A stretch of 64,000 nucleotides of DNA from the NCBI GenBank assembly GCA_041478555.1, contig JBGOWI010000009.1:3875-67874 (forward strand), written 5' to 3'. A program made the translations under genes and the position numbers. This document shows positions 15,258 through 23,972 of this stretch, piece by piece. This stretch comes from Phycisphaerae bacterium (GTDB lineage Bacteria > Planctomycetota > Phycisphaerae > Sedimentisphaerales > UBA12454). The notes under the pieces were generated by a model. That model searched no databases and had not been told where the DNA came from. It was given only the letters and a program-made list of their open reading frames with translations. Every line of letters starts with the position of its first letter. Position 1 is the stretch's first letter.

Positions 15258-15295
15258 TTAAATAATCAAGGGATTGATTTTAACGGCTAAATATT

Positions 15296-16399
15296 ATGAA
15301 AAACCGGATTTTTATCCCCACACCAATTTGCATTGACCAGGAGAATTTTAAATTCGCCAGCAAGGCTGTTTCTGCTCAGCCTTTATTTGCCCGACCACAG
15401 TACAAATTGGTGTGGGGATTTACGATTGCGTTTGTGCTTTTCTTTGTCGGCTGTCAGGGGCAGCAGAAGTCGGGTGGTTTTAAAGGCAATCTGCTTTTAA
15501 GCGTCGATTTTAAACCTGATGTGCCATTGAAGTATAATTTTGTCTGTGAGAGACAGATAGCCCTTGACCTTGACCCATCGCACAAATACTCGAAAGGAGA
15601 AAAAGGCAGAGGCGGCAGCCAGAATATGGCTGAAAAACTCGAGATGGAAATTGTCTATAAGCCTGTCGAGATTGACCCTTACGGCTATTCAACAATCGAG
15701 GCAACCTGCAATTCGGCCAAAGTTACGCGCACCGCGGTAAGCAGCAGAGGGCAGGCAAAAGGCGATGCGGTTGAGTCTGCTGTCGGCAAAAGCTTTACAC
15801 TCAAGATTACGCCGACAGGCAAAATCATCGATTATACATCTCTTGAAAGTCTGGTCAAGGAGCTCGGCAACAGGGCCTTTGCAGATTCAAGCAGAGGCAG
15901 AATCAAAGACTCCGATATGATTATGGATTTTCTTGCCACACAGTGGTATATCTGGGATTTAATATCGAGTATAAAAGAGCCATTGAAAGGTGTTAAGAAA
16001 GGCCAGAAATGGAGCTCGCAGCTTCTGGCGCCGATGCCTTTCGTCTCAAAGGTCGGCAGAGATGTGGAGTACGAATTTGCAGGTGTTATTGAAGAGGGCG
16101 GCGTTTCTCTTGCCGAGATAACAAGCAGTTATAAATTGAGTAAGTTGCTGCCGGCGGCGCCTCTTCCTTACAGCGGTTCGTTTCAGATGAGGGGCACATT
16201 CGGCTTTTTAAGAGGATATAAGGTGCTGAGCATCGAAGGCAGCGGACGAGAGCTTTATGATATAGAAAGAGGAATTATTAAAAGTGATATTCAGCAGTAT
16301 CAGGCCAAGGTCGGTGCCTCCATTTTCGGTCTCGGCAGCGATACAATTGAGCCGAATATAGAAATCAACCAGACTATAACAATGACTTTGGCTGAATAA
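15296..16399 (+). CDS. Hypothetical lipoprotein with a palindromic element inserted in the signal peptide region
   Basis: The frame is open from ATG 15296 (MKNRIFI...) through the 102-bp element to GFTIAFVLFFVGCQG (lipobox FVGC). It is a paralogue of 14298..15257. The true start is uncertain; internal TTG/GTG codons at 15407/15410 are possible. Confidence 0.7.
   Translation: MKNRIFIPTPICIDQENFKFASKAVSAQPLFARPQYKLVWGFTIAFVLFFVGCQGQQKSGGFKGNLLLSVDFKPDVPLKYNFVCERQIALDLDPSHKYSKGEKGRGGSQNMAEKLEMEIVYKPVEIDPYGYSTIEATCNSAKVTRTAVSSRGQAKGDAVESAVGKSFTLKITPTGKIIDYTSLESLVKELGNRAFADSSRGRIKDSDMIMDFLATQWYIWDLISSIKEPLKGVKKGQKWSSQLLAPMPFVSKVGRDVEYEFAGVIEEGGVSLAEITSSYKLSKLLPAAPLPYSGSFQMRGTFGFLRGYKVLSIEGSGRELYDIERGIIKSDIQQYQAKVGASIFGLGSDTIEPNIEINQTITMTLAE
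15316..15417. mobile_element. CCCCACACCAATTT-family palindromic element inside the lipoprotein signal-peptide coding region
   Basis: CCCCACACCAATTTGCATTG ... GTACAAATTGGTGTGGGG, exactly 102 bp by hand count. It has the same orientation relative to its host gene as the 11564-11667 copy. Confidence 0.75.
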
Positions 16400-16421
16400 G
16401 ATAATTTGTCGGGAGGCCGAA

Positions 16422-16931
16422 TTGAAAAGGAACAATCTCTGGGCGCCATGGAGGATTGGATATATTCAGGGCCTTGGCAAAAAACATGATTGTTTTATCT
16501 GCCATAATGTAAAGCATCCGCAGCAGGATGAGGAAAATTTCGTGCTGTGGCGCACGAAAAACTGCCTTGTCATGCTCAACAAGTTTCCATACAACAACGG
16601 CCATCTGCTTTTAGCCTCCATCAGGCATGTCGCCGGCCTCGATGAACTCGACGACGGTGAAATGCTGGAACTTGCAAAACTTATTATTGCCTCGCAGAAG
16701 GTTTTGACACTGGCGATAAAGCCGCACGGCTTTAATATCGGGACGAACTTCGGCAGATGTGCCGGGGCGGGCCTGCCCGACCATTTGCATATCCATATAG
16801 TGCCGCGATGGGACGGCGATACCAACTTTATGGATGTCTGCGCCGATACGGATGTTATAAGCCAGTCAATGAAAGATTTGTATAAACAGCTAAAGGCCGC
16901 AAGTGCTGAAAATAATCTGCCCGGTCTTTAG
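16422..16931 (+). CDS. HIT family protein (AP4A phosphorylase/ATP adenylyltransferase-like)
   Basis: LWAPWRIGYIQG N-terminus and histidine triad HLHIHIVPRW. TTG start. Confidence 0.85.
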   Translation: MKRNNLWAPWRIGYIQGLGKKHDCFICHNVKHPQQDEENFVLWRTKNCLVMLNKFPYNNGHLLLASIRHVAGLDELDDGEMLELAKLIIASQKVLTLAIKPHGFNIGTNFGRCAGAGLPDHLHIHIVPRWDGDTNFMDVCADTDVISQSMKDLYKQLKAASAENNLPGL

Positions 16932-16940
16932 TATAAAGTT

Positions 16941-17180
16941 AACAGTGAACAGTTTACAGTTTACAGAAAAATATGGAAGAGATGGATTTTAAATTTGATT
17001 TTGAGAAACTCAAGGTTTATCAGAAAGCGCTCGATTTTATCCACGAGATTTTTAAAATATATAAACGATTACCACGAGAGTATAAATATACCGTCGGCGG
17101 CAAAGAAATAACTAATATGTTTTTTGGATTGATAGAGTCGCTGGAATAATGCTGTAAACTGTACACTGTAAACAGTAAAC
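16941..17180. mobile_element. Inverted-repeat-flanked cassette carrying a truncated four-helix-bundle ORF
   Basis: The left flank is AACAGTGAACAGTTTACAGTTTACAG (16941-16966). The right flank is GCTGTAAACTGTACACTGTAAACAGTAAAC (17151-17180). The arms are reverse complements of each other (CAGTGAACAGTTTACAG versus CAGTGTACAGTTTACAG). Confidence 0.55.
16973..17149 (+). pseudogene. Truncated four-helix-bundle protein (23S rRNA intervening-sequence protein family) remnant, 58 codons
   Basis: Hand translation gives MEEMDFKFDFEKLKVYQKALDFIHEIFKIYKRLPREYKYTVGGKEITNMFFGLIESLE*. The N-terminal FEKLKVYQKAxDFxxEIxKIxKxxPxE pattern and the C-terminal xxMLxGLIxSL pattern match the family. The central ~60 residues of full-length members are missing. 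It falls below the ORF-track length cutoff. Confidence 0.55.
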
Positions 17181-17185
17181 TAAAA

Positions 17186-18277
17186 ATGACCGATTTTTTA
17201 CAATCTTTTGCAGTAACCGAATCAAACAGTAAGGGCAGAAGATTTAAAGAGCCCCGGCATGCTTACCGTTCCGCCTTCGAGCGCGACAGAGACCGAATAA
17301 TCCACACATCGGCATTTCGGAGACTTGAAGGCAAGACGCAGGTCTTTATGCCGCAGACAAACGACCACTACCGCACGAGACTGACCCACAGCATCGAAGT
17401 TGCACAAATCGGCAGAACGATTGCAGGGGCGCTGGCCGTCAACGAAGCCCTTACCGAAGCAGTATGCCTTGCCCACGACCTGGGGCACAGTCCCTTCGGC
17501 CACAGCGGCGAAGCAGCCCTTAATGAGCTTATGGAAAATTACGACGGATTCGAACATAATGTCCAAACGATTAGGATAGTCGACCTGCTCGAAAGGCCTT
17601 ATCCTGATTTTGTCGGCTTAAATCTTATGTACGAAACCAGACTTGCCCTGGCAAAACATAAAACTACTTTCGACAGTCCGCAGAAACAGGACTTTCCTGA
17701 AAAGAATTGTTCGCTCGAAGGTCAGATTGCGGACATTGCAGACAGAATCGCCTATAACTGCCACGACCTCGAGGACGGTCTGCGTGCAAAACTGCTGAAT
17801 TTTGAGATGATTATGAAAATTCAGCTCTGCGGTCAGGCTGCCGAAAGATGCGAAGCAGATAAAATCAGCGAGAGCCTCATTAAAAACACACGAATCGCAA
17901 AGACAATCATCGATATGCTCGTCGGCGACTGCATCGAAACAAGCAGAGGGGCAATAGCTTGCGAACACGTTGAAAATCTGCGGCAGGTCCTGGAAACAAG
18001 CGATAATTTTATAGCGTTGAGCGACGATGCCGAGACCGGCCTTATCCAGCTCGAAGAATTTCTGTGGGACAATATGTATGAGCATAAGGAGATAAAAGCC
18101 GTTTCTTCTCAGGCTGCAGGGTGGCTGGCGAAGGTTTTTGAAAAATTTCGCAGTAAGCCCGATTTAATGCCGGCCTATTATCAGAGCTTGATTAAAGAAT
18201 TCGGCCTTGAAAGAACCGTCTGCGATTATATCGCGGGTATGACAGACTGGTACTGCCTTGAGATGATAAAAGAGTAG
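17186..18277 (+). CDS. dgt: Deoxyguanosinetriphosphate triphosphohydrolase-like HD-domain protein
   Basis: RSAFERDRDRIIHTSAFRRLEGKTQVF, THSIEVAQIGR and AHDLGHSPFGHSGE motifs. Confidence 0.9.
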   Translation: MTDFLQSFAVTESNSKGRRFKEPRHAYRSAFERDRDRIIHTSAFRRLEGKTQVFMPQTNDHYRTRLTHSIEVAQIGRTIAGALAVNEALTEAVCLAHDLGHSPFGHSGEAALNELMENYDGFEHNVQTIRIVDLLERPYPDFVGLNLMYETRLALAKHKTTFDSPQKQDFPEKNCSLEGQIADIADRIAYNCHDLEDGLRAKLLNFEMIMKIQLCGQAAERCEADKISESLIKNTRIAKTIIDMLVGDCIETSRGAIACEHVENLRQVLETSDNFIALSDDAETGLIQLEEFLWDNMYEHKEIKAVSSQAAGWLAKVFEKFRSKPDLMPAYYQSLIKEFGLERTVCDYIAGMTDWYCLEMIKE

Positions 18278-18293
18278 CCACAAAGGCACAAAG
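18275..18293. repeat. Solo arm of the TAGCCAC...GGCAC...AAG repeat
   Basis: TAGCCACAAAGGCACAAAG. Its first three bases are the dgt stop codon. It matches the arms at 11261-11349. Confidence 0.4.
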
Positions 18294-18334
18294 GGAAGAG
18301 AATATCAAATATTGAATTATGAAGTAAAAAATGT

Positions 18335-18363
18335 CCCGCACCTAAAGTTATTTAGGGTGCGGG
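18335..18363. repeat. Minimal CCCGCACC-family hairpin
   Basis: CCCGCACCTAaagttatttAGGGTGCGGG, in the convergent gap between dgt and the MFS gene. Confidence 0.55.
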
Positions 18364-18502
18364 ATTCGACTCCTGTTAATTATCACTGCTGCCGTTCTTC
18401 AGGTTCGATTTTCAAATCGGCAAAATAAGTAACACTGTCGGCTTTTGTCCAGAAGCCGACATTTCCTTTCAAAAATATGGTTGACTTGGCGGCTGGCTGA
18501 AA

Positions 18503-19768
18503 TCAGGCCGGCCGGCTTTCCGCCGGCGGTCTGCTGGCAGCGAAACCGCGGTACAGCAACAGGTCATAAATAATCTTCAGGCCGCCACCGATGAAGAACG
18601 GCAGTGACATCAGCATGGAACCAAGCAGCATTGTCGAAATGCCGGGCGAAACAGCGGCGCCGATGCTCCGAGCAACAGCCGTAACGCCGGCCGCGGCCGA
18701 ACGTTCGTCCGGCTCGACCACTGCCATGACATAGGATTGTCTGGCAGGCACATCCATCTGGCTGATACTGAATCGCAGGAGCAGCATAAGAACGGCCAGA
18801 GGCATACTGGGCATAAGCGGCACGAGTATAAGCAATACGTTGGACGGCAGGTGTGTAAAGACCATTGTATTTATCAGGCCGATACGTGCGGCTAATGCCG
18901 CCGCCGTCAGGGCGGATACCGCTGCCAGAATATTTGCCCAGAAGAAAATCATACCAAGCGCCGCTGGCTGAACGCCGAAACGAATATGAAACCAATAAGC
19001 CACGATGCTCTGCATTATAAACCCGCCGGCAAAAGCGTCCAGAGAGAACAGAGCCGACAACTTAACTACAATACCTTTAGAACGATGAAGACCCAGAAAG
19101 ACGCGGGCCCCTGCCGTCTGCGGAGCGGTATTATCAGGCGGCAGTTCGACCTCGCCGGACAGGCACAAAGACAGCAGAGCCAGAATCGCACCGGCTCCGG
19201 CGTAACCAAAAATAACAACGCGATAGCTGTCCAGCGCCGACGCCCCGGCGTTTCGGATTGCCTGCACTACCGAACCGGAAACCAGAGCGCCAAAAGCGGT
19301 AGCAAGCGAACCGGTCAGATTGTACCAGCCGAAAACATTTGTGCGGCGGTTAAATGGAATTACCTGCGAAAGACCGGCCTGCTCGACGGAAAGGAACGGG
19401 CCGACTTCATTGCCGCTTGGACTTATGACGCCGATTGTGGCTGCCAGCAAAAGTACTGCGAAATTATTTGTCATGGCGAACACGATTCCCGCCATAGACA
19501 TAAGCAATGCGCCGATTGCCAGTGTGCGCCGCCGGCCAAAACGGCCGGCTGTGGTGGTTAGTAAAAGGGATACGGCGACATCGCCTGCCAGGGTAAGGGT
19601 CAGCAATAAACCGATTTTCGCCTCGGAAAGTTTTAGTTGAGCCAGATATAAAACTAACAGCACCGAAAGCGAGCCGTAGGCAAACATCCGCACAAAACGG
19701 GCCAGAAAAAACAGCCGTACATTCAATTTTAAAAACGGATTGTTTGTTGTGTCTGATTTGTCTTCCAT
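18503..19768 (-). CDS. MFS transporter
   Basis: About 12 hydrophobic helices with a basic inter-helix loop GRFGRRRTL (MFS motif A-like). The likely start is ATG 19768 (MEDKSDTT...). The ORF-track start 19813 is a TTG. Confidence 0.8.
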   Translation of the reverse strand: MEDKSDTTNNPFLKLNVRLFFLARFVRMFAYGSLSVLLVLYLAQLKLSEAKIGLLLTLTLAGDVAVSLLLTTTAGRFGRRRTLAIGALLMSMAGIVFAMTNNFAVLLLAATIGVISPSGNEVGPFLSVEQAGLSQVIPFNRRTNVFGWYNLTGSLATAFGALVSGSVVQAIRNAGASALDSYRVVIFGYAGAGAILALLSLCLSGEVELPPDNTAPQTAGARVFLGLHRSKGIVVKLSALFSLDAFAGGFIMQSIVAYWFHIRFGVQPAALGMIFFWANILAAVSALTAAALAARIGLINTMVFTHLPSNVLLILVPLMPSMPLAVLMLLLRFSISQMDVPARQSYVMAVVEPDERSAAAGVTAVARSIGAAVSPGISTMLLGSMLMSLPFFIGGGLKIIYDLLLYRGFAASRPPAESRPA

Positions 19769-19935
19769 GAGCCTTAGTTTATAATTGTAAATCAATATAG
19801 TCTTGTTCGGCAATCGGGATAATATAACATAAGTCCGGAACTATGGGTACAACGAATCGGCCGATAGATTCGACCCATCCGGGCAATTAAATCTTTTTGA
19901 TTTTTAATTCCCGCTCTGTATCATATTGTAATACT

Positions 19936-19976
19936 CCCGACCCCACCTACGGCGGGTAAACGCAGGGGTTGGGGCT
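19936..19976. repeat. Imperfect palindrome containing GCAGGGGTTGGGGCT (reverse complement AGCCCCAACCCCTGC)
   Basis: CCCGACCCCACCTACGGCGGGTAAACGCAGGGGTTGGGGCT. The reverse complement TTTAGCCCCAACCCCTGC nearly equals TTTAGCCCCACCCCTGC at 50363-50380. It lies immediately upstream of the pgpA start. Confidence 0.5.
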
Positions 19977-19983
19977 AAACGAT

Positions 19984-20469
19984 ATGAATATAAAAAAAAT
20001 AATACTTTCCTGTTTTGGTGTTGGTTTTTTGCCTCTTGCGCCCGGCACGTGGGGCAGTTTACTGGCGGTTGCGATATTTCTTGTCGTCCATTATTTTTGT
20101 CCTGCGTCGGTTATTTGCGGAACGGTTATTATCATCGCGATGATTGCGTCAAGCGTCTTTTGCCTGCTTTTTGCCGGCGAGGCCGAAAAACAGGAAAATA
20201 AAAAGGACCCGCAATGGATTGTCATCGATGAATTTGCAGGTCAAATGGTTGTCCTTTTACCTGTTGCCTTTGTGGAGGAAAGGGTTTTGATTGCTGCTGT
20301 AGCCGGCTTTGTGCTTTTCAGGATTTTTGATATTCTAAAGCCGCCGCCGGTACGCGAATCTGAGCTGCTCAAAGGCGGACTCGGCATCCTTGCCGACGAT
20401 ATAATCGCAGGCCTTATGGCGGCGGTAGCACTGTGGGTTGTTTTATACCTTTTTACATTCTTCCAATAA
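19984..20469 (+). CDS. pgpA: Phosphatidylglycerophosphatase A
   Basis: MNIKKIILSCFGVGFLPLAPGTWGSL and DEFAGQ, FRIFDILKPPP motifs characteristic of PgpA. Confidence 0.9.
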   Translation: MNIKKIILSCFGVGFLPLAPGTWGSLLAVAIFLVVHYFCPASVICGTVIIIAMIASSVFCLLFAGEAEKQENKKDPQWIVIDEFAGQMVVLLPVAFVEERVLIAAVAGFVLFRIFDILKPPPVRESELLKGGLGILADDIIAGLMAAVALWVVLYLFTFFQ

Positions 20470-20475
20470 GTGATT

Positions 20476-20593
20476 GAATCCCACACCTTCTAAATATTCA
20501 ATATATCACGTATATCTTTTGAAGAGTCGAAAGGATAATAGAATTATAACAGGTTTAAAGAAAATTGGACAGAAAAGAAGGTGCGGGATTGAA
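20476..20593. mobile_element. CCCGCACC-family MITE-like element (simple, un-nested copy)
   Basis: GAATCCCACACCTTCTAAATATTCAAT...TTTTGAAGAGTCGAAAGGATAATAG...AGAAGGTGCGGGATTGAA. It measures 108 bp from CCCACACC to GGTGCGGG and is flanked on both sides by ATTGAA. It is collinear with the outer copy at 6982-7248. Confidence 0.75.
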
Positions 20594-20648
20594 AATTCGC
20601 CTCTTACAAAGTATCATTTCATAAATTTTTAAACTATCAAGGGATTTT

Positions 20649-23114
20649 ATGGCCTTGGGATATTGCGTAGAATTTTGCAAGAATCTGCAGAATATTTTTG
20701 AGCAATTGGGGCTTTTTCGACCTGCTCGCATCAGCCGATATGAGCCGCAGACGGAGCTTGTTTACGATTTTGAGCCTGTAGGCAGTGGCGAAAAGGCCAA
20801 AGTAAAACTGGTTATCGAAAATTTTATCGGCGGCGGTTTTGCAGGGCAGGTTTATAAGGTAAAAATTCTCGAAGTTGACAGGCCGAAGCTTTGCCCGGAT
20901 TTGGCGAGCGGCAAAATCTGCGCAATGAAGATTCTCGTTCCGCCGAGCGGTTTTGCAAAACTATTTCGCAATCTTCTTTACTGGACAGGTTTTGCTGCAC
21001 CGTTTCAGCTTCAGGTAAACCCTGCAGCGGCAAAGGCAGGAGCGCTGTGGCAGAAATTCATTCGCAGAGCCGCGAAAATAAAATTCGGCGATGAAAAAAG
21101 CGTTGTCGATATTTTCGGAACGTTTGTTGACGAGGGTATGGGCAGTTGCGGGGAACTGAGCGAATGGATAGAAGGCAGAACCTGGTGGCTGGAAGTTGAT
21201 GAATATGTCGATTTGCTGAAGAAATGGCGAGAGAACAAAAAAGTCAATTATCAAAAGCTCGGTTCGCCTGAGTACCGCGCTAAATATACTTTTATGCACG
21301 AATTTGTAGAGCTGCTGCACGAGATGGGGGCCTATGAATTTGCCCGCCAGTATGAATGGACAACACTCAAGAGTCAGCCTAACTGCCTCAAGCGTCTTGA
21401 TACGCGGTCCGAGCCGGATAAGAGTCTTGTAGCGGTTGATTTTAGGCCGGGCCTGGCGCTTCTGCCATTTTTGCCAATGAGTCCGGGCGATATAAAGTTA
21501 ATTTTTCAGGGCATAAGACGCGGTTCATTGGTGCAGTTTGACAGGGGCAATTTGAATAAACTGAAAAATTTCATCGACAACCATAAAGAACATTTCGGCG
21601 ATATGCAGAGGCTGTTTGATAAACTCGTCCAGACTGAAGATATTTATAGAAATTCTATGCCGGATATTACACATAACCACATTCGCCTTTTATACAGCGG
21701 TAAACTATGGACGACTATATTTGATAGTGCTGTTGTCGGCTGGAAGGTGAGAGATATCATTGACGAAAATAGTTTTGAGAAATTACAGCAGAGCAGATTT
21801 AAAACATTTATTTTCTTTTTGATTGGTTTATTACCGATTTTGGGCGGTGTTTTGCGGAAGTTCTGGTGTCATAATAACTGGCGAAAGCATTATATCAGTA
21901 TTTTAACAAGTGCGGGATATTTCAAGAAGGCTCTCAAAGGCAAAGTCATTGAATTACTTACATCCTGGCACAGGGGCGGCAGAATTTCGCAGACTAAAGC
22001 TGAAAGGTTTTTACAGCAGCCCTGGCGGATTTTGTATCATCTGCCGTTTCTGCTTTTGATTTCGGCGAGACTGCACAGGTTTTTAACCGATTGGCAATTT
22101 GCCCGCGAAAAAATTTATTTAATAACAGTCAGGCCGGTTATGCTCTATTTTAATGCCAAACTTCGACGAGAATGGCTTTTTGAAATGGTAAATCAGGGCC
22201 AGAAAAAACATATTCTCACCGATGAAGATGCACAGACGATTTTATCGCAGGTTGATGAGCCTTTTATTCAGAAATATTTAGTCAGCCTGGTGGTTCATCT
22301 AATGACGATGTTTGTTTCCGAAATTACATGGCTGTTGGTGATGGGATATTATCTGCTGACCCATCCCGATGTTCCTGCATTAGAACGGGCTGAAATGGTA
22401 GGTGCGATTTTATTGGCATTTCATGTTCTGCCTATTTCGCCGGGTTCGCTGGTGCGAGGCATTTATACGGTATCACTGGCAGTCCGGGAAAGAAATTTTA
22501 AAGATTATAATATAGCCTTGTTTGTAAGTTTTTTTAAGATTATCGGCTATTTGGCGTTCCCTATTCAGATGACGTATCGGTACCCGGTGCTTGCAAGATT
22601 TATGGCGGCACACTGGGCGACCGATGCCGTCCATATTGTGCCGGTCTTCGGTGAAAGAGGCGCACTGTTTGAACATTGGGTTTTCTGCATTTTTTACAAT
22701 TGGCCTTTGACGATTCGCCGCAGGATGCGGGCAAGAGCGGCTTTGCGTGAAAAATTAAGCCCACGCTACTGGCATATCATCCTGATAGCGGTTTTGGCTT
22801 CAGCAATCCTGATGTTTTTTGGCAGATGGCGTTTGGGAATAGCCGGCGTTTTGATTTGTTTGGTTTGCGGAATACTTACAACAATATATTGCGGCAGGGC
22901 ATCGCTTCTGAAGAGATTTGTCTGGTCGGCTGCCAGCGGATTTTTAACGGCTGTTTTTTATATAATCTGGATGGTTTTTCTGCCTAACTGTGTGCCTGTG
23001 TCAATAGTAGTGGGACCTGCGCTGTGGCTGTGTTTCAGTTCTACACTATTGTCGGTAATTGGGGCAATTTTGACGGAATTGTCGCTTCCAGATGTCGGAA
23101 ACCAAGCGAGTTGA
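20649..23114 (+). CDS. Large polytopic membrane protein with N-terminal protein-kinase-like (UbiB/ABC1-like, possibly degenerate) domain
   Basis: 821 aa. Gly-rich loop IGGGFAGQVYKVK, Lys motif KICAMKIL, hinge-like ELSEWIEG, DFG-like LVAVDFRPG. No clear HxD catalytic loop was seen. The C-terminal half has many hydrophobic helices. Confidence 0.7.
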   Translation: MALGYCVEFCKNLQNIFEQLGLFRPARISRYEPQTELVYDFEPVGSGEKAKVKLVIENFIGGGFAGQVYKVKILEVDRPKLCPDLASGKICAMKILVPPSGFAKLFRNLLYWTGFAAPFQLQVNPAAAKAGALWQKFIRRAAKIKFGDEKSVVDIFGTFVDEGMGSCGELSEWIEGRTWWLEVDEYVDLLKKWRENKKVNYQKLGSPEYRAKYTFMHEFVELLHEMGAYEFARQYEWTTLKSQPNCLKRLDTRSEPDKSLVAVDFRPGLALLPFLPMSPGDIKLIFQGIRRGSLVQFDRGNLNKLKNFIDNHKEHFGDMQRLFDKLVQTEDIYRNSMPDITHNHIRLLYSGKLWTTIFDSAVVGWKVRDIIDENSFEKLQQSRFKTFIFFLIGLLPILGGVLRKFWCHNNWRKHYISILTSAGYFKKALKGKVIELLTSWHRGGRISQTKAERFLQQPWRILYHLPFLLLISARLHRFLTDWQFAREKIYLITVRPVMLYFNAKLRREWLFEMVNQGQKKHILTDEDAQTILSQVDEPFIQKYLVSLVVHLMTMFVSEITWLLVMGYYLLTHPDVPALERAEMVGAILLAFHVLPISPGSLVRGIYTVSLAVRERNFKDYNIALFVSFFKIIGYLAFPIQMTYRYPVLARFMAAHWATDAVHIVPVFGERGALFEHWVFCIFYNWPLTIRRRMRARAALREKLSPRYWHIILIAVLASAILMFFGRWRLGIAGVLICLVCGILTTIYCGRASLLKRFVWSAASGFLTAVFYIIWMVFLPNCVPVSIVVGPALWLCFSSTLLSVIGAILTELSLPDVGNQAS

Positions 23115-23169
23115 TTTTAATACTTGTTTTTGCCGGTGTTTTATGGGAGAATAAGGCTGTACCGATTTT

Positions 23170-23937
23170 ATGGAGCGAGGCTTTATGTCGATTAGTTACA
23201 GTTCGTTGTGTGATGATTTTTACATCGATATGTATATAAATACCCGTTTCGACCTGCCGAGCGAAAGGGAGACTCTGCTTACGTTTTTTGAAAGAATAAC
23301 CAGGCAGTTTCCTTCGATGAAGGCTCTAACGCGGGATAGCGGTGCCGGCTATTGTCTTGAAGAGGATGCGCAATCCGGCCGGAACCGCTGGGTGAGCATC
23401 GATGTCGACAGGGTGGGAGCAGGTTTTGTGAATCCTGAAAGCTTCGAGCAGGCCTTTGAGCTGCCGAAGGCGATAATTGACCTTGTGCCATATATGCTGG
23501 GAGTGCGGGGTCTGGATGTTGACAGTGTCGATTTGACCTTCGGGATGGATTTTGATTATGCAGGCAATCATAACGAGATTATAGCCGACGCCTTGTTCAG
23601 CGGTTCGGCCTTTGCTCAGATTTTCGATTGTGCCGGAGCCGGGCCGCTCAACCTTTCTCCTGCGGTAATAATTGCACTCGACGATGATTGCACGACCCGC
23701 GCCAGACTGACGGTGGATTCTAAAACAGACGAATCCGAAATTCGCGGCAAGAGATTCGACCAGGATAAACCCATAAGTCTGTATCTTACGGTAAGGCAGT
23801 ATCCGCATCCCGGCAGGGATTTTGACCTTAAAGCCGCTTTTGACAGGCTCTGCCGGCAAGCGGTTGATTTTATGGACGAAAAAGTTGTGCCGAATTTTGT
23901 GATGCCTCTGACCAATGCCATAGCGCACAGGAGATAA
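23170..23937 (+). CDS. Hypothetical protein
   Basis: 255-aa ORF with coding-like composition. An alternative start at ATG 23185 gives MSISYSSLCDDFYIDMY. No motif was recognised. Confidence 0.6.
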   Translation: MERGFMSISYSSLCDDFYIDMYINTRFDLPSERETLLTFFERITRQFPSMKALTRDSGAGYCLEEDAQSGRNRWVSIDVDRVGAGFVNPESFEQAFELPKAIIDLVPYMLGVRGLDVDSVDLTFGMDFDYAGNHNEIIADALFSGSAFAQIFDCAGAGPLNLSPAVIIALDDDCTTRARLTVDSKTDESEIRGKRFDQDKPISLYLTVRQYPHPGRDFDLKAAFDRLCRQAVDFMDEKVVPNFVMPLTNAIAHRR

Positions 23938-23972
23938 CGAGAGAACAGAAAGGGATTTTTTTGGAGGTTAAA

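Noticed and set aside
18350-18385. tRNA-like 3' fragment (GGGTGCGGGATTCGACTCC)
   Set aside because: The sequence resembles a T-loop (TTCGA), but the flanking bases do not form a T-stem. There is no acceptor stem or CCA context. It is the right arm of a CCCGCACC hairpin.
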